A stretch of 64,000 bases of DNA, taken from positions 6,849 through 70,848 of the forward strand of contig CALUJS010000006.1 of NCBI GenBank assembly GCA_944321015.1, read 5' to 3'. This DNA comes from an uncultured Phocaeicola sp. Its GTDB lineage: Bacteria > Bacteroidota > Bacteroidia > Bacteroidales > Bacteroidaceae. How positions within the stretch are numbered: position 1 is the stretch's first letter; every line of letters starts with the position of its first letter. Of this stretch, positions 49,594 through 58,316 are shown piece after piece. Both the position numbers and the translations under genes were made by a program. The notes under the pieces are model-generated. The model was not told where the DNA came from and searched no databases. It was given only the letters and a program-made list of their open reading frames with translations.

Positions 49594-49629
49594 AAACATA
49601 GAAGCCGGACGCATCCGGTTTCTATGTTT
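49594..49629 (-). terminator. Strong hairpin with T-rich tail between the corrinoid-methyltransferase gene and the symporter gene (terminator or attenuator)
   Basis: AAACATAGAA (49594-49603) pairs with TTCTATGTTT (49620-49629), and an inner CCGGA/TCCGG pairing extends the stem. On the minus strand the hairpin is followed by TCATTTTG, so together with the 3' arm the transcript reads TTCTATGTTTTCATTTTG. Confidence 0.55.
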
Positions 49630-49644
49630 ACTGAATCTTCGTTA

Positions 49645-51453
49645 TCAAGCAGCTCCAATCAGATGTTTGGCTTCCTGCACTGCCGAATTGGCGTTGTCGC
49701 TGTATCCGTCAGCACCAATCTCGTCGGCAAAAGCCTGACTTACCGGAGCGCCTCCCACCATAATCTTCACCTGGTCACGAATGCCTGCGGCCTTGACTGC
49801 CTCAATGACATCTTTCATGTAAGTCATGGTAGTAGTCAGCAAAGCACTCATGCAGAGGATATCGGCCTGATTGTCCTTCACAGCCTGCACGAATTTCTCT
49901 GCCGGAACATCTATGCCGATGTTGATGACCTCAAAACCACTGCCTTCCAACATGGAAGCCACCAAGTTTTTGCCGATGTCGTGCAAGTCGCCCTTCACAG
50001 TACCGATGACAACACGTCCGATGGTGGCCGAAGCATTTCCCTGCAACAACGGTTTCAGCAGTTCCAAAGCTCCTTTCATGGCACGGCCTGCCATTAACAG
50101 CTGGGGAACAAACGCTTTTCCGTCCTGGAAACGCTGTCCGACCTCGCCCATGGCCTTAATCATGTAATTGTTGATAATCACTTGGGGAGGAACGCCTTTC
50201 TCTATGGCTTTCTTAGTCACTTCTACTGCCGGTTCGAGTTTACCGTTTACAATAGCGTCAAATAAAGGTTTCAACTCCTCATCCTCTTGTTGAGAAGCTT
50301 GAACATGGATTGTCTCGTCTTGCATTGCTTGTTTTTCTTTTACTTGTTCTGTTTTTACGTTACTTGCTGTTGATGATGAGGAAGAACCTCTGTATTCTTC
50401 CACGATGCGCATGGCCTGCTCCACTTCCTGTTCGTTGTGGAAGTCCATCTCCAAGTGTACGCCGTCCGCGCCGATATTGTCGAGCAACGGTTTCAGTTCA
50501 TCCACTGTCACCCAACAAGCCATAATGCTCTTGCCGGCTGCCAGAATTTGTTTATATAGGTCATACCACTTCGGAGAACCGCCCTGAGGCTCGCCCACGC
50601 CCGGAGTCCACTGAATGGCATCCAGTTCCTCGATTTCGAGCAGAGCCGGCAAGTGGCGCATGGCACCCACTCCGTCCAAATGATAGAGCGTGTAGTCTAT
50701 CTTCTGACATTGCTCGCGAATGAACGGCTGCACGAAGCGGCGATAATCATCCTCGCTAATCATCGTGGAAATGTCGCTTTGCACTTTCGTCATTTTGCCG
50801 GGAGCCCATGACGAGAAGTAGCAGAAAGCCATTTCATCGCCCTCACGAATGATGTCATACAACTCATCGAACACCTTGAAATAGATATCGTTGATTTGCT
50901 GCATCTGACGCTCCAGCACTTCCGGTTGCATCACCGTGTCCAGCAACACCTTGTCTGTTCCCTTGATGGCAGCCAGCACATCCATGCCTTCCATCAAGTC
51001 GGGCATGCCCACATAGTAATGTCCCTGCGCTTTCTTCTTACAAGCACGCAGCAAGTCCTTGTGAAGCTGCCAGGCTGCATTGTTTTCCGGATTAAACGTG
51101 ATATCATCCGTATAGTTTGGATCCGGGTGAATCCAAATGGTATCTTCTCCGCCTTCAAACACACCGCCCAAAATCGCGGCCAGCGAACCGGGTCCCAGTT
51201 GCGTATTGGCCACCGGAAGCATGTCGGCCATCAACGAGCTGTGTGCCACATACCAATCCAAATAGGCTGCGCGCCATTCCGGGTCAAACCATTTCTGATT
51301 CAAGTCTTTTGCAGGAGCAGGCGCGGGAACATCCGCATGAGGCTTCACGCCTTCCTGGAAATGCTCCCACATGTTTAACACAATGCCTTTATGGTTCCAC
51401 CAATCAATGTAGTGTTGCTTGGTTTCTTCCATGTTCTTTTTCCATGTTTCCAT
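49645..51453 (-). CDS. Fusion protein: URO-D/MtaA/CmuA-like TIM-barrel methyltransferase domain plus corrinoid (B12)-binding module
   Basis: 602 aa. The C-terminal ~210 aa form a textbook corrinoid protein. It has a helical cap ('LFDAIVNGKLEPAVEVTKKAIEKGVPPQVIINNYMIKAMGEVGQRFQDG') and a Rossmann domain with DxHxxG 'GDLHDIGKN', 'CMSALLTTT' and 'MVGGAP'. The N-terminal ~370 aa resemble URO-D-family methyltransferases ('GPGSLAAILGG', 'SDISTMISEDDYRRFVQPF', 'YTLYHLDGVG', 'LDAIQW'). A Ser-rich linker 'GSSSSSTAS' joins the two. There is no signal peptide. Confidence 0.65.
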   Translation of the reverse strand: METWKKNMEETKQHYIDWWNHKGIVLNMWEHFQEGVKPHADVPAPAPAKDLNQKWFDPEWRAAYLDWYVAHSSLMADMLPVANTQLGPGSLAAILGGVFEGGEDTIWIHPDPNYTDDITFNPENNAAWQLHKDLLRACKKKAQGHYYVGMPDLMEGMDVLAAIKGTDKVLLDTVMQPEVLERQMQQINDIYFKVFDELYDIIREGDEMAFCYFSSWAPGKMTKVQSDISTMISEDDYRRFVQPFIREQCQKIDYTLYHLDGVGAMRHLPALLEIEELDAIQWTPGVGEPQGGSPKWYDLYKQILAAGKSIMACWVTVDELKPLLDNIGADGVHLEMDFHNEQEVEQAMRIVEEYRGSSSSSTASNVKTEQVKEKQAMQDETIHVQASQQEDEELKPLFDAIVNGKLEPAVEVTKKAIEKGVPPQVIINNYMIKAMGEVGQRFQDGKAFVPQLLMAGRAMKGALELLKPLLQGNASATIGRVVIGTVKGDLHDIGKNLVASMLEGSGFEVINIGIDVPAEKFVQAVKDNQADILCMSALLTTTMTYMKDVIEAVKAAGIRDQVKIMVGGAPVSQAFADEIGADGYSDNANSAVQEAKHLIGAA

Positions 51454-51510
51454 AAATCTCTGCCTTTTAAATTATAATAGATTACTTTATTTACGTCATC
51501 GTCTCGTTCG

Positions 51511-53754
51511 TTATCTCCAAATGCCTTTGAAATCCGCATCAATGCACAGTGGCACGCTCTTCGTGAGATTCATTTCGTCCGTACAGTCCACATCCTCCGG
51601 ATAAACGGAGATTACATCGCCTTCACGCACATAAACCGGCATCTCGTCCAGCGGAACCTTCACGCCATACAGCCATCGGCCGCCTTCAATTCGCTCGCCG
51701 GTGAAGAAATTCACCCATTTGCCTTCGGGCAAATAGATGTCGCGGCAATCCTCACTGTTCATTACCGGAGCCACCAGGAAACTGTCGCCGAAGTAATATT
51801 CATCATCAATATGCCAGCAGACACGGTCGGTCGGATGTTCGAACACCAGCGCACGAAGCACGGCATATCCCGTCTCGGTAGCCTTCCGGCTTTGCTCCAT
51901 GATGTAGGGTATCAGCTTATAACGAAGTTTCCACCATTTCTTCACCATCGGAGCTATGTTGGGATAGAACCATGGCTCACGTTTGTTTGTGCCATGATAG
52001 CGCATGTGCGACGAGAACACGCCAAACTCCGTCCAGCGCATGTACACCTTGTCGTCCACGATGGAATTCATGAAGTTGGGCAAGGTGTGGAAGCCCGGCA
52101 CATCGTGGCTCCAGAAAGCGAAGCCGGACAAACCGAAGTGCAATCCGCCTTTCAGCGAACCGGCCATACCATCCCACGAACTGCAAGAGTCACCACCCCA
52201 ATGCAGCGGATAGCGTTGGCAACCGGCCCATGCCGCACGTGCCCACACGATGCCGTCGCCCGTCACGTCCTTGGTGATTTCGTAAGCTGCTTTCTGGTAA
52301 AGCAGTGCATAAAGATTGTTCAGCAGTTCGGGCGACATACCTTTGTACTTGGCATCCATATGAATATTCTCGCCAAAGTCGGTCTTGATGCAGACCACAC
52401 CCATATCGAGCAAATTCTTCAACAGTCCCTTATACCACTCGGTAGCCTTGGGATAGGTAAAATCAATGGTACCGGCATAATCCAGTGCCGAGAAATTAGA
52501 TCCTTCCGAGGCCTGCTTCTTGGTGAGCGGACCTATATAATCATTGGCACGTGCCTCATCTATTTGTTCGGCATCCTCTGCCACATAGGGCAACTGCCAC
52601 AGAGACACGCGATAGCCTTGCTTCTTCAGCCCACGGATGAACTTCTCCGGATTGGGGAAACGTTCTTCATTGAACTTCCATTCACACAACCAGTCTGTGC
52701 GGAACCAACCGGTGTCCAAGTGTATCACATCGCACGGATAGTGCTCGTCACGCATCCGGTCGCAGATTTCCTGCACTTCATCGGCACTAAAATAGCTCAT
52801 GCGGCTCATCCAGATGCCGAAGCTCCAAAGAGGAGGCATGGAAGGATAGCCCGTCAGGTCACGATAGCCGCGCAGAATTTCCTCCACGGTGTCACCGGCT
52901 ATGATAAACGCGTCTATCATAGCTTGGTCACTAAGGAACTCCACCGAACGGGTCGAAACATCTGCCAATGAAAGTTTGCTGTGCGCACATGTATGATAGA
53001 ACGTACCATACATACGGCTGGAAAGATAGAACGGTATATTTTTATAGGTACGACGGTTGTTCACGCCCTGTCCATCCTGATTTTTCAAGAAAAACGTATG
53101 GCCGCTCAAGTCCATCTTCGTAAAACGTTCACCCGTTCCGGCAAAACACTCATCGGCTTTGCACTCGAACGACAAAGTGGCACGCTCCTTATGTCCGTCT
53201 TTCACACAGTAAGCCAAAGGCAGTCCGTCATAACGGGGAGGCGAAAAATGGTCATAGGCAGCCAAACGAATCTCGCGCTTGCCATCAGGATACACCACCA
53301 CGTCCAGCGTCTCCTGCGGGGCAGGCTGCAAGTCGCTCCAATGGTCCAGCACAGGCTCCTTCACGTTAATCCAGGCACGGCGCACTCCATCAGCCGAACG
53401 CACGGTCCACTCGCCGTCGCCCGCCTCCACGTGCAAAGGAAGTTTCTGCACGCGTTCACTGAACTGAAGCATTTCCGACTGATCGGTCATCTCCCAATCG
53501 CCAAAGCCACAGAACAGCCGAATTATTTTATTGCTGTATTGACGGATTATCAACGTATATTCTTCGCGTGGCACAGCCGTATCGGCTGCCATGTCGTTGG
53601 AAAGAAGTTGCTTCTGGAAAGGTACCACCACATGCACATCGCCGTCCTTTTCATACACGGCAGTTGGTTTGCAAGCCTTCCACAACGACTCGTTCTTCGA
53701 CAAATCCGGGTCGAAGTCCATGAAATCAAATAAATGATAGTTGGTCGGTTTCAT
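51511..53754 (-). CDS. GH31 glycoside hydrolase, YicI-type (alpha-xylosidase-like), cytoplasmic
   Basis: 747 aa with no signal peptide. 'MGVVCIKTDFGENI' matches the nucleophile motif KTDFGE of YicI-clade GH31 enzymes rather than the WxDMNE motif of alpha-glucosidases. Confidence 0.8.
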   Translation of the reverse strand: MKPTNYHLFDFMDFDPDLSKNESLWKACKPTAVYEKDGDVHVVVPFQKQLLSNDMAADTAVPREEYTLIIRQYSNKIIRLFCGFGDWEMTDQSEMLQFSERVQKLPLHVEAGDGEWTVRSADGVRRAWINVKEPVLDHWSDLQPAPQETLDVVVYPDGKREIRLAAYDHFSPPRYDGLPLAYCVKDGHKERATLSFECKADECFAGTGERFTKMDLSGHTFFLKNQDGQGVNNRRTYKNIPFYLSSRMYGTFYHTCAHSKLSLADVSTRSVEFLSDQAMIDAFIIAGDTVEEILRGYRDLTGYPSMPPLWSFGIWMSRMSYFSADEVQEICDRMRDEHYPCDVIHLDTGWFRTDWLCEWKFNEERFPNPEKFIRGLKKQGYRVSLWQLPYVAEDAEQIDEARANDYIGPLTKKQASEGSNFSALDYAGTIDFTYPKATEWYKGLLKNLLDMGVVCIKTDFGENIHMDAKYKGMSPELLNNLYALLYQKAAYEITKDVTGDGIVWARAAWAGCQRYPLHWGGDSCSSWDGMAGSLKGGLHFGLSGFAFWSHDVPGFHTLPNFMNSIVDDKVYMRWTEFGVFSSHMRYHGTNKREPWFYPNIAPMVKKWWKLRYKLIPYIMEQSRKATETGYAVLRALVFEHPTDRVCWHIDDEYYFGDSFLVAPVMNSEDCRDIYLPEGKWVNFFTGERIEGGRWLYGVKVPLDEMPVYVREGDVISVYPEDVDCTDEMNLTKSVPLCIDADFKGIWR

Positions 53755-53784
53755 CTTTATTGTTTATATTGTAATGTTCTGCTA

Positions 53785-55629
53785 TTAGTTACCGTTTTTG
53801 TGTCGTATGCCCGCTTTCATCTTCACTGCTTCGTCCACTTTCGGGCCATTCACCTTCCACACATTGTGCGGACCGGGCTGATTGGAATCGAAACGCTCCT
53901 CCGGACACCAGTTGTCCTCCACAGTATAGCCGTCGGTCGCCTCATCAAAATAGATGTAGAATGCACGCTCGTTGGTGGCATAAGGCGCATCAACCAAATG
54001 CTCAATACGATTGCCCCGCATCACGGAACCGGGCTGATATGACAATGTATATAAGCCTCCGGCATCATACAGCCGTTGGGCGAAATGGTGTACATAATTG
54101 GCCTCCACCCGGTTGTTTTTCATTCCGCTCTCCAACAACGTCCAGCCCCAGCCCACACAGATACCGGAATAGTTGACATATGACACTTCGTTATGGGCAA
54201 TGAGCACATCCTTCACATAACCTGCGCCGATACCCACACATCCCCAATCCTCATTGGTCACGCGGGTAATCAGGTTATCCGTCACTTCAATATTCGAGCA
54301 CAATTCATCCATATTAACCGGTTTGAAAGGTACGTGCGTCTCAAAACCGCCATCGGGAAAAGTTCCCATCTGCAAAGCCGTGCCGCCAATATCGGTAAAA
54401 GTGCAACCACGCACCGACGAACGGGTCACCGCCCACTCATAGTCCAAGCCGGTGGCTCCCATGTGTCGGAATGTGCAGCCTTCAAAATGAATGTCGTGTG
54501 CGCCACGCACGGCGACAGCCGCTTCCGGACGGGCTATCCAGGCCTGATTCTCCAATGCAGCTTTTTCAGGCAATCCGGGTATGGGGAGTTTGTAGGCATC
54601 CAACAGTCGGAATCCGCCTTGAAGCGTCACATGTCCTTCATAAGACGGGCGATTCCATGCCACGTGTTCAAAACGCACGTTCTCAAACCGAATATGATGC
54701 ACCGGACGCTCCAGCGAACCATCTACCGTAACGAGCCTGTCCAAAGCTGGCACCACGACTGAAGCCTGCGCCATGTCCTCTCCGGGACGGGGATAATAAT
54801 AGATACGACCGGAAGGATACTCCTGGTACCACTCGCCCGGCTGGTCGAGCAAAGCCAAATCATTTACAAGACAAAACGAAGAATTGCCTTTTTCACCCCC
54901 GATGACCGGTTGCGGCCACGGGTGGGCAAACTCCAACCGGCTTTCCGGATTATGGAAACGCACCACAGTGGAATCGCCCATCAGCTGCATGTCGCGCACT
55001 CGGAGAATGGCTATCGCCCAACGTTGGTGCACAATCATTTCCAATTGCGGAGCCTTTTCCAACCCTTGTATGGCCGGTGTCGGAATGGTGATTGTTTTAT
55101 CTTGTGGATTAAAGTTTATCATACGTTCCATGACACCATCCTCAAATTGGGACGCCCGCTGGGCTTTCTGCCCGTTTACCCACATCTGGCGGAATTCCAG
55201 ATGACGGTTGCCCACACGAGGCGCATCGGCCACCCATATCCTACCTTGCACAGATGCCGGCAGGCGGGTACCGGGAACGTCCAACCGCTGCCAGCCCGTC
55301 ACTTCCACACCTCCGCTGACAACGGCCCCATCTTCTCCCTGAATCACAGTGGGACTGTCGGCAGTGCCGCTATCTTCCGGACGAAAAAACAAGGGCTTGG
55401 CCTGGGGATAGATGCCCGGAGCCAAATGGATGTAGATGCCCCCTTCTGCTTCGGCTCTCTTCAGCCGACGCCATTCGCGCGCCTGCTTTACAGCCTGCAC
55501 CACCGTGCGCAAGGGGGATTCCTGTGTACCAATGTTTGTATCACTGCCTTGGGGAGAGACCCATATGTCGCCTGCCCACGCCAATTGGCAGGAACAACAA
55601 AGGGCTAAGATGGATAGTATTTTCTTCAT
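53785..55629 (-). CDS. Secreted right-handed parallel beta-helix repeat protein (candidate glycoside hydrolase or lyase)
   Basis: 614 aa with the signal/lipobox 'MKKILSILALCCSCQLAWAG'. Beta-helix-type repeats include 'IHFEGCTFRHMGATGLDYEWAVTRSSVRGCTFTDIGGTALQMG' and 'VLIAHNEVSYVNYSGICVGWGW'. The CAZy family is not determinable by eye. Confidence 0.6.
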   Translation of the reverse strand: MKKILSILALCCSCQLAWAGDIWVSPQGSDTNIGTQESPLRTVVQAVKQAREWRRLKRAEAEGGIYIHLAPGIYPQAKPLFFRPEDSGTADSPTVIQGEDGAVVSGGVEVTGWQRLDVPGTRLPASVQGRIWVADAPRVGNRHLEFRQMWVNGQKAQRASQFEDGVMERMINFNPQDKTITIPTPAIQGLEKAPQLEMIVHQRWAIAILRVRDMQLMGDSTVVRFHNPESRLEFAHPWPQPVIGGEKGNSSFCLVNDLALLDQPGEWYQEYPSGRIYYYPRPGEDMAQASVVVPALDRLVTVDGSLERPVHHIRFENVRFEHVAWNRPSYEGHVTLQGGFRLLDAYKLPIPGLPEKAALENQAWIARPEAAVAVRGAHDIHFEGCTFRHMGATGLDYEWAVTRSSVRGCTFTDIGGTALQMGTFPDGGFETHVPFKPVNMDELCSNIEVTDNLITRVTNEDWGCVGIGAGYVKDVLIAHNEVSYVNYSGICVGWGWTLLESGMKNNRVEANYVHHFAQRLYDAGGLYTLSYQPGSVMRGNRIEHLVDAPYATNERAFYIYFDEATDGYTVEDNWCPEERFDSNQPGPHNVWKVNGPKVDEAVKMKAGIRHKNGN

Positions 55630-55667
55630 TTATACTGTGTTTTGTACATTATCATAGCTTAGACGGG

Positions 55668-55675
55668 ACAAACTT
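55668..55675 (-). promoter_or_regulatory. Candidate -7 promoter box TAAGTTTG upstream of the beta-helix gene
   Basis: The minus strand reads TAAGTTTG, an exact TAnnTTTG match ending 38 nt upstream of ATG 55629. No -33 TTTG occurs at the expected spacing. Confidence 0.35.
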
Positions 55676-56022
55676 ACAATAAATCCATGAAATAATACGA
55701 AGAAAAGCCCACTTTTACATCGACACGGATGCAATAATTTGCAATTGATACAACAAAAGCGCACAATGCTTGCCAAGAAACAGTATCTTATCCTTTTGCC
55801 GACAATTATTTGCGAAGTGATTGCCCCGAGCGCATTGAAACAGACCAATTAGTTTAATCGGCATCTGCATGATTCTCGGTGGAGTCGTGGTGATAAACTT
55901 ATTTTCGGAATCGGCAGGACATTGACTTGTCCATATCTAATATAACATCAAAAAGATTGAGACAAAAGACAAGAAATAAATTATCCGGACAGGCGAAAAC
56001 GTTATCAGGCACTTGGCCTGGG

Positions 56023-56138
56023 CATCAGATTATCACCGCCCTAAGCGTGCATATCACCGCTCGCGAGCGCGGATATGCACGCTCACGTCCCTTCATATTG
56101 CCGCTCACGAGCGGTGATATGAAGAGATAAACGGGATG
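56023..56138. repeat. 22-bp-phased ATAT/CGCTC-GAGCG array, locus R5 (4 units plus one degenerate)
   Basis: ATAT cores at 56051, 56073, 56095 and 56117, exactly 22 bp apart, with a degenerate ATTA at 56029. Units include atatcaccgctcgcgagcgcgg, atatgcacgctcacgtcccttc and atattgccgctcacgagcggtg. It lies just 3' of the HAD gene. Confidence 0.85.
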
Positions 56139-56172
56139 TTTATCAATAATCCGCTCAAATACGAATGTCCGA

Positions 56173-56814
56173 TTAGGACTGCATCAGTTCACTCAACGAG
56201 GACATCAGGAAGACGTGTGGATAAACAGCCAGCTCACTGCGAAGGGTCGTCCCCGTCAACACTCCGGCAAAGTCGACCCCGGCATTTTCTGCGGTACGTG
56301 CGTCGACAAGGCTGTCGCCCACATAAAGCACATAGGAAGGCTCAACATTCAAACACTGCATGGCCTTGAACAACCCTTCGGGATGGGGCTTGGCCCGGGC
56401 AACATCTTCACCTCCGATAATGAGGTCTATCAGGCCGGGAACATCCTTGTCGCGGAAAAAGTCTACAATACGCCTGCGATATTTCGTTGACAGGATGCCG
56501 ACACGAATGCCCCGGGACTTGAGCCATTGAAGCGTGGGCAACGCATCGGGATAAAGACGGGTGTTGGCATTCATGTACATATCGGCTTCGCGGGTGTATT
56601 CCTTCCTCCATGCAGCAAGTATCTCCGGACGAGCCTCGCCGGTAAGAATGGCAAACGACTCTTCCAGCGTCTTGCCTATCGTGCGGCGAATGGAATCCTC
56701 GGGCACGCCGCAGAAACCGTGACGCTCCAACACGATGCGAAAACACTTCACGATGCCGACCGACGAATCTGCCAAAGTATAGTCAAAATCAAACAAACAT
56801 GCGGTATAGTTCAT
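56173..56814 (-). CDS. HAD-IA family phosphatase (phosphoglycolate-phosphatase-like)
   Basis: The likely start MNYTACLFDFDYTLADS is at the internal ATG 56814. It has the DxDxT motif 'FDFDYT', 'ILSTK' and 'YVGDSLVDARTA', and is 213 aa. Confidence 0.8.
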   Translation of the reverse strand: MNYTACLFDFDYTLADSSVGIVKCFRIVLERHGFCGVPEDSIRRTIGKTLEESFAILTGEARPEILAAWRKEYTREADMYMNANTRLYPDALPTLQWLKSRGIRVGILSTKYRRRIVDFFRDKDVPGLIDLIIGGEDVARAKPHPEGLFKAMQCLNVEPSYVLYVGDSLVDARTAENAGVDFAGVLTGTTLRSELAVYPHVFLMSSLSELMQS

Positions 56815-56922
56815 AAGTAATCGGGGTATTTCCCGCAAAAGTAATGGCTTTTTTTCATCCGATGTTGTACCTTTGCAAAAAATCACGGGCAGTCACCCCG
56901 ATGAAATCTCTACAAAGCAACT

Positions 56923-58296
56923 ATGGCAAAAGAAAAAACCGTCTATGTGTGCACCAATTGCGGACAAGATTCGCCCAAATGGGTAGGCAAATGTCCTTCA
57001 TGCGGAGCATGGAACTCATTTGTCGAAGAAGTAATCCGGCAAGACACGACAGTCCGGCACACATCCTTTGCGTCTGCATCCAATGGCAAACAGAATCGCC
57101 CTCTTCCCCTATCAGACATAGCCGGAACCGAAGAAGCACGCCTGGACATGCACGACGAAGAACTGAACCGGGTGCTTGGAGGCGGCATGGTGCCGGGCTC
57201 ATTGGTCTTGTTGGGAGGCGAACCCGGCATAGGCAAGTCGACCCTGGTGTTGCAAACCGTATTACGCATGCCCGAACGGAAAGTATTATACGTATCGGGA
57301 GAAGAAAGCGCACGCCAACTCAAGCTGCGGGCCGACCGCCTTCTAAACCGCTCGTCGGATTGTCTCATCGTGTGCGAAACTTCATTGGAAAACATATTTA
57401 CCCATATACACAATGTAAATCCCGACCTAGTGGTCATCGATTCCATACAAACCATATCGACGGACGCCATGGAATCCTCGCCGGGCAGTGTGTCGCAGGT
57501 GAGAGAGTGCGCCGCGTCGTTGCTCAAATATGCCAAAGAGACCAATACACCCATCATTCTAATCGGACATATAAATAAGGAAGGAAGCATTGCCGGCCCA
57601 AAGGTGTTGGAACACATCGTAGACGCCGTGTTGCAATTTGAGGGCGACCAGCACTACATGTATCGCATCCTGCGCAGCATCAAGAACCGTTTCGGCAGCA
57701 CGGCGGAACTGGGCATTTACGAGATGAGACAGGACGGACTCCGCCAGGTGGACAACCCCTCGGAGCTGCTCCTCTCATCCGACCACGAGGGCATGAGCGG
57801 CATAGCCATCGCCTGCGCCATTGAAGGCATCCGTCCGTTCCTCATCGAAACGCAGGCGCTGGTGAGCACAGCAGCCTATGGCACTCCACAACGCTCCGCC
57901 ACCGGTTTCGACATCCGGCGCATGAACATGCTGCTGGCCGTATTGGAAAAGCGTGTGGGCTTCAAACTGGCTCAGAAAGACGTGTTCCTCAATATTGCCG
58001 GCGGCCTGCGGGTAAACGACCCGGCCATCGACCTGGGAGTCATCAGCGCCATCCTGTCGTCCAACATGGACAGCGACATCGAGCCGCTGGTCTGCATGGC
58101 GGGCGAAGTGGGATTGTCGGGCGAGATACGTCCGGTGAACCGCATCGAGCAACGCATATCCGAGGCCGAAAAGCTGGGATTCAAAACCATACTAGTGCCA
58201 CGCCAGAATCTGCAAGGGCTGGACACCTCGAAAACGAAGATTGAGCTGATAGGCGTAAGAAAGGTGGAAGAAGCCTTCCGTTTCCTGTTCGGCTGA
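56923..58296 (+). CDS. radA: DNA repair protein RadA
   Basis: 457 aa with the zinc finger 'CTNCGQDSPKWVGKCPSCGAW', Walker A 'GGEPGIGKST', the RadA motif 'KNRFG' and a Lon-protease-like C-terminal domain. Confidence 0.95.
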   Translation: MAKEKTVYVCTNCGQDSPKWVGKCPSCGAWNSFVEEVIRQDTTVRHTSFASASNGKQNRPLPLSDIAGTEEARLDMHDEELNRVLGGGMVPGSLVLLGGEPGIGKSTLVLQTVLRMPERKVLYVSGEESARQLKLRADRLLNRSSDCLIVCETSLENIFTHIHNVNPDLVVIDSIQTISTDAMESSPGSVSQVRECAASLLKYAKETNTPIILIGHINKEGSIAGPKVLEHIVDAVLQFEGDQHYMYRILRSIKNRFGSTAELGIYEMRQDGLRQVDNPSELLLSSDHEGMSGIAIACAIEGIRPFLIETQALVSTAAYGTPQRSATGFDIRRMNMLLAVLEKRVGFKLAQKDVFLNIAGGLRVNDPAIDLGVISAILSSNMDSDIEPLVCMAGEVGLSGEIRPVNRIEQRISEAEKLGFKTILVPRQNLQGLDTSKTKIELIGVRKVEEAFRFLFG

Positions 58297-58316
58297 CATA
58301 ATAAACCCACTGACAC

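Noticed and set aside
51811-53733. 386-aa and 250-aa ORFs on the + strand
   Set aside because: They are antisense to the GH31 gene and have no motifs.
55630-56172. Small ORFs (72 aa on the - strand, 67 aa on the + strand) in the 540-bp intergenic region
   Set aside because: The 67-aa ORF is read through repeat array R5 and the 72-aa ORF has an implausible Cys/Phe-rich composition. The region is better explained as promoter plus repeat DNA.
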